From Candidatus Omnitrophota bacterium (lineage in GTDB: Bacteria; Omnitrophota; Gorgyraeia; Gygaellales; Profunditerraquicolaceae), in assembly GCA_016208765.1 (NCBI GenBank), contig JACQXK010000004.1, positions 148,243 to 212,242 of the forward strand: DNA of 64,000 nt, read 5' to 3'. The translations under genes and the position numbers were made by a program. Position 1 is the stretch's first letter, and every line of letters starts with the position of its first letter. Of the stretch, positions 41,401-53,400 are shown piece by piece. The notes beneath the pieces are model-generated. The model saw only the letters and a list, made by a program, of their open reading frames with translations. It had not been told where the DNA came from and did no database searches.

Positions 41401-44400
41401 AATTGCTCAGGATTAATTTTACCCGGGTGATTTTCATCCTCAAAGCCAAATCTCTTATCATGAAACACCTTAATTAATGTATTATTAAAAATCATTACTG
41501 CACTTCTGATGCAAATCCTGAAGCTACGCCAAGAAATCTTTTTAGCATTAAGCGCATCTACAAGCTCAGGAATAAAAGTATCTAAGGTGGAGAAAAACAC
41601 CTTTCTCTGAAATGACGCAATATGCTCGGCATCACCATTATGCCCTTTAACCGGAATAGTGCGTAGATTGGAAACCCTGTCACCAAGTTTGTCTAATTTC
41701 ACAACAAAGCCTATAAAATCTGCCTCACCCGCTATTTCCCGAAGATATTCACATTCAGGCTCACCTTTTTGTTTTGATATCAGCTTTACTGCCCGGCAAA
41801 CATCCTTGCCAAAAAACTGCAACAATTCTTTTTCGCTCGCATCTTCCTCTTCAATGCTGTCATGCAATATGGCAACAATCAACATAAACCAAACATTTTT
41901 CCAGCTGAAATACCTTTGTATTTTAACCTCACGCAACAAAACATTGACTATATCAAAAACATGAATAATAGAAGGGGTTATGTTGTTCTTTCTCAAAACC
42001 CCCATTTGTTTCTTAGCTACAATCTGCACTGCCTTATTCAGCAGCTCCCTTTGCTCTAGTGTAAATTTAATATTTGTGCCTCTTAATACCCTCTTAATAA
42101 GATTATTAGACAACCTTCCGGAATAGAAATGAATATCTCGCTTTCTTATTTGCAGTTCTTTGGCAAACACGGTCCTTAAAGTCTCTATCTCCACATCAAC
42201 CGGGATCTCTACACCAAACAGATAGCGTAAATACCCATCACCTTTTGGCTGAGGATTCAAAAACGAAACAATGTTAATATTATTAACCTTAAAGAACCCT
42301 GTTATATCCACAAACTTTATTATTGAATACTTGGCAGAAAATTCTATTGTCCATACCTTCTTTGGCCGCCTTGCATATTCTTCATCATAATAATCTTCAA
42401 TGGAGGCTAAATCATTTTTCAGCATTTCTATGCTGTTAACGCACGAACGCTTAATCAGAATGTCTAAAAGCATTTCCCTCTGGTTATCCAGCCTTCTCAT
42501 CTGCAAGATAATCCCTACATCAAGCCCCAATGCTTCAAACACCGCAAAAAATATATCATGCAGAATTCCCGGGCGCTCATGCTCAAAGACAAGCTTGAGC
42601 TTAAGAGTGGCCCGCTCTGAAAGTGTCCTTCCAAGCTCAGATACCTGACAATTAGTACTGTCAACCGAAGAAGATGCAGCCATTCTATTCGTTTCCTCAC
42701 AAGAGCCTAATGCTTCCCTCTCTCTTTCAGCATTACCTGAAATATTAAACCTGAGTATTTCAATCTCTTTAAATATCCCGGAGAAATCCAGAATAGGATA
42801 TGCTGCCCTTAACCTATCAGCTTCTTCCTCTAAAGTTTTAATAACTTTATCTTCTTGTAAGTGCAATTTTAACACTTCCAATACCCGCTTCTTAAACATA
42901 TCAACCATCTGGATACTTAATTGTTCGTGTAATTTCTCTATTGCGCCTTTATAGTGCCGATTTGTTCTTTTACTTACATTAAAAAACTCATACACAGTAA
43001 CTTTATCATAACCAAAATGCTTTCCGAGGCCAGAATATTGCAGTCCATTGAAGATCCTTGAGCTTATAAGCCTGTTTATATCTACCGGGGAAAGCGGACC
43101 AAGATTTACTTTATAACTTAATCTTTTTATTGCGCTCTCTAATAATAATCCTTCTTCATAGTTAAAAAGTCCGCTCAAATATTTAAATGCCATTGGCTTA
43201 CAATCACGTAATAAGCTATTTAACACACCTTCATAACCAACTTCATTTTCTGCCAGCTTGGTTAATTTATCACAGGCCTCATTAAATCTGCGCAACACCT
43301 GAAAACGGCTGCAACCCAAAGCCTCGGCTATATCCGGATATTTCTTTCTTGAATCCGCAAGTTTAAGCGCTACTATTTTCTTGGCCAGGTCAAGCCCATT
43401 CCTCCCAACTTTGTCTAACCTGGTTAATAACGTTGCTATGAATTTATTATATTTAGCCCTTCTATAATCATCTAACTGCAAAATACAAGTAACAAGATTT
43501 TCTGTTAAGAATTCCCTGAGCCTGCGCTCTACCATATCTTTTGCCTTATGATTAAGCCCATTACCCAATCTTTGGTAAATTCCTCTTACACTAAAAGGCT
43601 TACAATTCCATCCTATTAATGCGCTGCCTATATACTCTTTATTTAACCCCTTTTCTACTGCAAATGGTACATCTAAATCTTGGACATTCACTACTATAAT
43701 TTTTATCGCGAACCTCAACAAATCTCTCTGGAGTTTATTCAAGATTCTCTCTTCATATGAACTCCGCACCACACTCAAAAGCAAATACTCGTCAAAAAGA
43801 TTGAATGCCATTCTTAACCAACAACGCCAATAACTGGCTGATAAAGCCTTAAGCTGCTCTTGAGATATTAAAATTATCGGGATAGGTTGATTATTGCATA
43901 TATGCCTGCGTAAAACACCCGCCGGAAGGCCCAATCCAATCTCAATCTTTCTTAATGTTTCAATCATCACAAAGCTTGTTCTTCCTGCTGCAATATCATA
44001 AATAGTGTTTTTATCAATGCCGGATGCGCGAGCAAGCCTCTCCAGATTAATTCCATCCTGAACAAGCTGCCGGAGGATCATCTGCAAAGCTTTTATATCT
44101 ACTGAAGATCGCGCTGAATACGTGCGTAACGATGAACTGCCTTTCCCGAGGCCATTTTCTTTTATCTTTAAAGGAAAATTGGCCCGCCTCCAAGACACCT
44201 TGCTATTCCTTAGTTTCCTATAAATCCCAACTCTACCGTAGCCAAACCTATCCCCCATATTCTCATAACTAATAACTTCACCGCTCTTTATATCAACAAA
44301 ACAATGCCTGCTTGATTCCAATATATTCAAGAGATCTCCTGAACCTTCTTTTTTAGCATCAACAACCGCAACTCCACCCAAGCCGAGCAAATTAGCTGCC

Positions 44401-47400
44401 TGCTCATAGATTCCAAAACCTTTTAAATCAACGTCACTAATATTAACAGATTTGGCAAAAAATACATGCGGATTGGCGCTGATTAAAGAGTAAGCTCCTT
44501 TTTCTTTTATATCCTGCTGGCTATAAAAGATTATTTTTCTTTCTCTTTCTATTCTTTCTGCAGGATGCCTCCAGATAAAAGAAAACTTAAAAACTTTTCC
44601 TAAGCAATTAATGTCCTCCACTCTGATTTCTTCTGCTCCCATAGCAAATAACTCCCAAATTAACAGATCTCCGCGGGGGGCCATATTTAAATCAAGGAAA
44701 GCGGTATGCGAATAGCTGCCTTGCTTACTTTTATCCATAATATAACCATACAATTTATCTGAATGATTAAGATAACGAAAATCAACCTTTGCAGAATCAA
44801 TAAAATCGGCCTCTGCTGCGTTTGTAGAATAAAATAGGGCAGCAGCATCTCCGGCTGAACAAATATACAACGCTGTCAAATAATCATTATCAGGATTTAC
44901 CACTTTGCAAATTGCCAGATAATAATTAATACATATATCAATTATTAAGCTTCTGAATAAATCAATTTCTGTGTCAATATAAGATTTATAATCACTATAC
45001 TTAAACACCTTTATTCCAAGGGCAGAAGAAACTAACCATTCCCTTTGATAAAAATCAGTTACACCCATACCGGCTTCGCTTAATGCCTCTTGACGCGGGC
45101 TAACCACTGATAATCCTGAGCTGGCACGATCTTTCATCCTGGCTTCTGCAACAAAACCACATAATTCATCTATTATTTTTAAATATAACCTGTTAACCGG
45201 GAACCCTTGCTTTGCAGCAGCGCTAATTTCCGTTTCTTTAAGCCTTTTTAAGTCCTCAAGAAAACGCTGTTTTTTAACAAGCCCCGCTTCACCAAAATCT
45301 CCATTTTCAACAAAATCCCTGATCCTCCTAAGAACAGCTATCTTTACCATCTTATTTTCATAGCTTAAATCAAGCAGGTGCTTCAACAACTCAAATTTAT
45401 CAATACCGGCATTCTCCACATATCTTATTCTCTCGGAAACATCAATGCCGACAGCGCAATACAGCAAGATCTCTTTGATTAATGGCCATATTACCTCAAC
45501 AACAAAAATTAAACCAAAGGTAGTTAGTAAAACACCTGCGATGTTTATGGGGCTTGAAGAATCTCCCGCTGGCTTGGGAGGGCAAAATTCATCATACATC
45601 GCCGCCAAAGTATCACCATCAAACTCTGGCTTTTTACTCTCCGCAGGCTGCGCAATAACCGGCTCTTCTATGCGCGTAGTTATGCCTGCGGCTGCAAGGA
45701 GAACATTCTTATCTTGAACCGGAATTATTTTCTGAAATGGCAGGCCGCGAGGAAAAGAAACATCAATCTCGGAATTATCGCTTCTCTTGAATTCATTATC
45801 AATAAACAAACCGAGCCACTCAGACAACTTATTAAACTGTTCTTTTGTGATGTTATCTATTCCCTTGATTCTAAACAAATAAAAGTGCGGACCACTGATA
45901 ATAACTGCATAATCTCTATATTCACAGAGAGGAATAAGTGCGTCTATAACCTTTTTTGCTTCTTTTGCAGACGAATCATCTTTATCCAACTGGCCAAGAG
46001 AATGCTTTGTCTGCGAGTATAAAATATTATTGTTTCCATCTATGATAGAAACATAGATTCTTATCCCCAGTTCGTTTTCAATGTATCGGGAAAGCTCACA
46101 AAGCAGCACAAGCGGCCTGACGTGCATGAACCATTTTGCATTAACGCAAATATTCATACCTTCCTGAGTAGTTTTCTTCTCTGGAATAACGCTAGAGGAA
46201 GTTTTTATCAAAGGCCTAAAATTACCGTTAAACCCGCCGCTATAGCTCATGGCTACCCCAAACGCCTCATTTAATATATTTAGATATTCCGAAGGCCAGC
46301 AAAAATAATAGCTTAGGTTATAAAACAGTACCTGTGACAAGAAATCCACCGCCCTTGCTTCATCCCCAAGGCTGGCATAACATAAACCAAGATGATAAGC
46401 AGCAGGTACAAAATCCAGTTGGCTAAATAAAGCGTTTGTTAAAAGCTCAATTGCCTCACATAATCTGCCTTGCAGCATATAAATTTTCCCAAGATTTAAA
46501 TACAGCCGGCTTGATCCCGGGCATAGTTTTATACCCTCCCGGTAACAGCAACAAGCAGCGTCAATTCTACCTTGAGATGTTAACAAATTACCTAAAGCAA
46601 GATAGTTATCTTCAAAATCAGGATCAAGCGCAATAGCTTTTTGATAAACAAGTTCCGCCTCCGGGGAATTGCCCTGCAAAAACAGGATATTCCCAAGATT
46701 ATGATGCCCCAGGAGATATTCAGGCCACACCTCAACTGCCCTGCGAAAATTAACCTCGGCCTTTACATAATTATGCAAATAAGCACATATGTTTCCTAAA
46801 CTGCCAAACAAGAATGGAGTAAGCGCCTGTTTTTCAAGCACCTGGATCACGGGATAATAAACACTAAGTATTTCTTTTGTGGGTGTATTTAAAGTAAGGC
46901 TGACCCTAAGCATGGCTTGTCTTACCTCCTCAGGGTTTAGTTTAAAATTATCCCTCAAAACAAACATATTATTTTCAGGAAGATACATGCTTGGGCTTAA
47001 CCCATCCAACCTAAAATAGATTTCCATGAAAATACTGTTATAAAAATCAACCAAGACACCCATGTTATTTGGCATTCTAACCATAACAAGAGTGCAGTTG
47101 CGAGTAACAACCCCGGTAATTTTGTAATCATCCCGGGGCATATTTCTTAAAGCATAACTTAACAATAAATATAATAATTGCGTAAGGCTGTCTTTATAAA
47201 GTTGTCTTTCAAAAGTTAACCTTGACTGTTCATCCATGCCGCTCATAGACATTTCTTCATATATATCTGTGCCGTTTAAGGCATTAACCAAGAGCCTGGT
47301 TAAAAGACTTTCTCTCCCTTGCGAATTAACGCCAATAACGCTTGAATAAATAATAAGATACTCTGCAATCTTACGGACATACTCAACCCCGGAGAAATGC

Positions 47401-50400
47401 TTAGTTAAATACATAATTCCATTATCTAAGTCTATTTGCTTTAATAACTTTGCAAACTCTATAGTTAAATGCATTATATAGAATTCCAGCTCATCACGGG
47501 AATAACCGATGCTAATAAGAGTGCGCCAAAGAAAAACGCTAATCTTCTTCTCCTCTTTGCTCATACATCCCACTCCGGAGCTTGATGAAAACACAATTTT
47601 ATGTTTTGGATCATACCTAACCGTAAAATTTCTGTTGAAATGACTAATCAACCGGCCAACCTTAGTTTGCGCAATCTGAGAATAGCTAAAAGATATACAG
47701 GCATCTTGCAATCCTGTTTTAATAAATTCCCGTAAATCCGCGTTTTCTTTCTCTTGAGCCTTCTCATCCATGAATAAACGAATATTCTTTTGGTTGTAGA
47801 ATTTAAGAATATAGTTTATTCTGTCGCTACGCTCGGCAACAGGAATAAGCCGTACAAGCTCAAGCAATGTCTCCATATTAGAAATCATTCTAAACTCTAA
47901 TTTCGGAACATCTTTTACTGCGTGAGCAAGGTTTTGCATAAGGAAAACAGCTGCTCCTTCACCCTCTCCTTTGAATATTTTAATATTATTACCATAAAAT
48001 GACGTGCCGTCTTTGGTAAATCCGCCAAAGAACTGGCCTACGAACTCTTTGCCAAGTTTAACAATTATCTCCACAGATTTTGCGCCATTAATATTAATTT
48101 CATCTCTTATTACCGGTAAAAAACGGAATTCCTTTCCTGTCCTGGAAATAAAACTAATGCCGCGATAATAACCAAATACATTATTAATCATATCCTCTAA
48201 ATCTATTGTACCAATGCATACAGCAGAAGAAGCCATGAGCGCCACGGGAAGAACATTACTCTTAAATAACCCGGTAACATCAATGCAATTTCTTTTCTTG
48301 CATGTTTTCTCAGACATTAAAGATGTCTCCAGAGAGAACGGTTCTTCAGTTAAGTCAAGAGAAAAACATTTCCCTCCGTTAAAAACATAAATTGCCTTGG
48401 CATTCTTATCAAAATAAGCCTTACTTTGCGAGTCAAGCTTAAAAACAAGCGCGGATTTTATTTGCTGGATAACTGCAGCTGTTAACTCAATCTGCAAAGC
48501 TGCGTGGTTTTTTAAAATATAAGAAGTTAATTTATCCGAAGCAATTACTTTAACCCCACTTACAAAACCATTGGCATCTACTATTACATCAATAAATCTA
48601 CTATCCCCGGAGGCAATAAAATGCCGAGTTTCGTTTTTATCCAAGAAAGCTGAGCCGCCCTCAATAATGCCGCTGATTCTTTCAGCATCCTGCACAAAAT
48701 CCTGTTGAATAATTATCACACCTGGAACAATAATTTGCGTTTTTCCGAAATTGCAAATCGCTTGCATGCCTTCTCGTCCTGCAATCTCTGCATCAAAATA
48801 CTGTTGTTTTGCCAAATCCTCCACCCCATTTTCTCTTGCAGCAACCAATAGCCTCTCCCAGGCAGGCTCAAAGACTCTACGCGCAAACCAAACCAGCTCA
48901 AACTCAACTGACTCTGATGCCCTTAATATTTTTTGCCCTAACTCCTCAAAACTTAACCCTTTATTTTTAGTCAAGATGGATAATATCTGATGGCCTGACA
49001 GCTTATCGTTAACAGCACACATATCAGAAGCAAATATTCCTAAGGCTTCTTGCATAACTTGCCTAATGGCTACAACTCTGTTATCATCCTTTTGCTCAGA
49101 TAATAACCCTGAGAGTGTATTTGATAAAAACTCCCCGCCATAATAATCCTTGAGCGCAGGGTAGAACTTTTCGGTCAATCTCAAAAGTAAAATCATTACA
49201 ATTTGTTGCGCATTCATTTGCGCGCGCGATTCTTCGCTTGTGACTGCCTCGCTAAGAAACTCGTCTACCACCTTACGATATCCTGGGCCAAATAATTCTG
49301 TAAATGCCATCAAATAAGGATTAAGAATTAATAAATACAACCCGCGGAGCTTATCCCGGGCCTGATTAAATAACTTATTTTCTTTTTTCTTAGCACTGCT
49401 TTTTTTCTTTTTTCCGTCTTTAAACACCGGGTACTGATCAAGCTTGCCTAACTCCTGTTTGGTTTCTGCTGAGGCTTCTTCCAAGGCTGCGGCAAACTCA
49501 GGCCTTGAGCAAAATACATCAGCCGCCTCTAAAAATGCTGGTATTCTTTCCGGGGCCAGCACAACCGCCAATTCTTCCACCATAACCCTAAACAACTTTT
49601 GTTTATTATCTGCATCGTCTAATAGATAAAGCGTGTACTCCTCATCCGGATAACGCACAAAACAAGTAACTCCTGACTTTTCAAACAATAAAAGATCATT
49701 GCGAATGATCTTATGCGCGTCGTCTAATTCATTGTTCACGATACTAATAAGAATAAGTATCTGGTAATCCAATGGCTGGACACCGGATTTTCCTTCCAGC
49801 TGGATCAATTTCCTGAGCATTTTAGCTGCATCGGCAAACCTTAATTCAAGAAGATACAGCCGGGATAAATGACGAAAATTATTTGGATATTGCGGGTAAA
49901 TATTAATTGCTGTTTCCAAGGTTCCGATCGCGTTCTTTCTGTCATTACTATAAATATACGCCTTTGCCCTCATTTCCATAATTTGCGCTTGTTCATGCAG
50001 ACTCTTCACCTGTGGCAGCAACTGTGCAGAAAGCTTAACTACATCAGCAAATCTTTCCTGTAAAAGCATTATCTGCATTAACTGCCTCAAAGAATTTAAT
50101 TCCTCCCCGGGGATTTTACTATTTCCTAACATTGTTGCTTCTGCTGCGGCATAATCTCCTACCTGCATAAAATACCCGGTACGCGCATAATTGATATTAA
50201 CTCCAATGTCAGTTCGCACATCCTCTCGCACATCGTCACAAAGCTTATCTGTTGCATTCACCACCTGAAGAAAATAATCTTCCGCCTCTTTATACCGGGA
50301 TTGCCTTAAGGAACAAAGACCGAGATTCTGCAGCGCATCAACCTTCAGCATGATTGAAAGCCCGGATATCGCCAAAACGCGGCTATAAATCGTAGCAGCA

Positions 50401-53400
50401 GAATCATAATCTCCTTTTTGCATAAAGTTATACGCGGCAATCATTTCATCTTCCGGATTTGGACGGAAATATTTTATCGCGGAACTGGCAGCTAACTTAC
50501 CCTCTTTAGGAATAATTATTAAGGTAACGGCTTTTTTATTCTTAATATCATTGTAAGCCCGAACACTCCAGCCATGTTCTGCGGCCACGCTATAAATTGT
50601 TTCTCCTCCAATTCCTGAATGCCCGGCAGAAGAATCTCCTGTTGAAATTCCTTTTACAAATACTAACTGCCTATTAAGCTTTGTATCTATTAACAACATT
50701 TCCTTAGGAAATTCTCCGCTGTTACTATATTTAACAACAATTGTTTTTGTATTTTCGTACAAAGCAAGAACGATTTCCCCAAACTGACCCGGAATGGCTT
50801 TTAACCCATTCTTTCCTAAATTGCGCATCAATAAATCCAGATGATGCCTATTCACCCAAACCATTGTTTCTGAACTAACACGGCTAATAAAACTAAAAAT
50901 AAAAGCCTTCTTATTCTCCGTTCCTTTAGGAGTCCTCCTGTTTATGCCCGTTTGTTCCCCTCCTTCATTAACATTCAAGTTTTGGCCAACAACAATTGTT
51001 GCCCTCATTAAATCAGCGAGAAAATAAGGTTCTTTCCGTACTTTCCCCTCTAAAGGAAAAATAACTTTTCTTTTTTGAGAAACACTGCGCAAAGCATCAA
51101 AATGCTCTCTTAATCCAGCCTCAATAAAATAACTGTCATTTACAAGCATATTTACAATATTTAAACGGTTTTTAACCCATGGCTCGTCTTTAATGTCATC
51201 AATCTTTATTCCACCGACCATTTCCCGCAACCTGACCAACGCCCCCAAAATAACTGAATCATAATAATAAAACATTAAGTCTAAATTTGAACTTTTAGGA
51301 GCAAATTTTGTAATAGTGTTAAGGTTACGATATAGTTCACTCAAAGCATCAAACAACCTCGCTTTTATTGAAGAGGCATCTGCAAAATACATCTGAACAT
51401 AAATACGATCCGTTCCTATAGGAGTCACATAATCATGCCTGATTTTTCTTAAAATATCTTTTATTTCATCAATCTCTTTCTCATTGAGTTGCCTTGAAAA
51501 GACAGAGCACAAGCAATAAGACAAAAACGCCTTAAAAGCAAATATAATTATATTATAATATCTTTTAATTAATGGAATTAGACTTATTTTCCTCTCAAAT
51601 ATCGGACTTGAAGCCACAGAACCATGAAGGGCTTTATTAAAGTCTTTAGTAAGTGGCATAATAAGAGGCACGGAGTTAGAAGAGGCCCTACTGGCACATG
51701 GGATAAACCAGCCACGCCCCGTTGCAAAGCTGCAAATGTCCCCCACCCCGTTAGAAATAAGTTTAACAAAAGCCCAGATAAAATTTCTAACGGGGTAAAC
51801 CAGCCACGCCCCGTTGCAAATGAACGGATTCTCCCCACCAGCCACGCCCCGTTGCAAATGAACGGATTCTCCCCACCAGCCACGGAAGGTAAAGAATCGC
51901 TCTTTGATGAAACATTTGCAACGGGGCACGGAAGGTAAAGAACCGCTCTGTGATAAGACATTTGCAACGGGGCACGGAAGGTAAAGAACCGCTCTGTGAT
52001 GAAACATTTGCAACGGGGCACGGAAGATAAGACTTTGCCATAAATCAAGACTATTAACAGCACTGCTTGCAGTAAACCCTCTCACCACCGCGCCGACTGG
52101 AGAACTAGAAGTAGCCTTATTTTTTCCTGCTCTTAAAGACACTGCCACTCCTCCAACTGCTAAAACCACTCCTGCGGCAGCTATCGGATGAGGAAACTGC
52201 AGATTTAAAATGCTTGAGAAAATCAAAACAAAAGCTGGGGATGTATTGGTAATACTTTTATTTAAGGAAGTATCGAGTTCAGCCAATGCACGATAGCTTA
52301 AAATCAAACTAACCAAGCTTAAAACAGTTACCATAAATATGCGATAATTAAAAACTATCACATCCCCACCTACAAATATCTTTGCCAAAATTACCATGAT
52401 CGGAAAAGATACAAAATAAGCCCAAGCCAACAGCTTTGTTATCGGCATAATATCCCCGGTCTTCTTTTTAATAATTTCTGCTATAGCATAGGTAAATGAT
52501 GAAGCTATTGCTAAATAAACCCCTACTGCGTTTATGTGTGCATCAATGGCTTTATTCGCAGAAAATACAGAAACAGCAATTACGCCTGCTACAGCCATAA
52601 GTACTCCAATTAACTTCTTTAATGTTACTGATTCTTTAATCAGTAACGGAGCGATGAACACTAAAAATATGGGAGAACTCTTAATAATCACTTCGTTAAC
52701 TAATATAGAATTATATTTAAGACCAAAATAATATAGCGGGGATGACAATATTTGAGAGAAAAATATGCCTAAGCAGATAATAAATACTTCTTTCTTTGAT
52801 ACTCTGGTGTTGTCAATGCTTGAAGTAACACTTGCAGGCTTTATTATTTTTTTCAGGTTAACCCATATTCGATAAGAAAGTAATATCAAAAAAGCATAAA
52901 GGTAGTAGCTAGTCTGGATCACTAATGGCTCTACTCCGGATTCAGTTAATTGCTTCCCGAAGAATGGCTTAACTGCTACTAACATTGCACAAAGCAAAGC
53001 CATAATTACGCATTTTTGCTTAGAAGTTAACTGCAGCGCGCTGGAGGCAATTGCATTAATAAATGACGCCGGCGGGCCGCGGGAGAAAATAATTTTACCA
53101 AATATAGAGCTTATAGTGGAAACCCGGCTTACCCGGGCATCATAAACAGGGCTGGAGGTTGTAATTATCAAAGCGTTTCCCTGTAATTCTGCCATTTCTA
53201 CAAGGCCGGGAGAAGAATGTAACACTCCGGCATTAGCATCAAAAAGGTAACTCCTTATTCTGTTAACCCTGCCTGAAGCAGTTTGCGAGGGGCGAAAAAC
53301 AAAAGTATCCAAGAATAAATCGCTCGCCATAACCAAATCTACGCTTTCATACATGAATTTACCAAACGACACTAACGCTGCGATAACTGAAAGATTAAAA

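Noticed and set aside
51800-52030. CRISPR array
   Set aside because: The units are head-to-tail with no unique spacers, lie within a CDS, and no cas genes are present.
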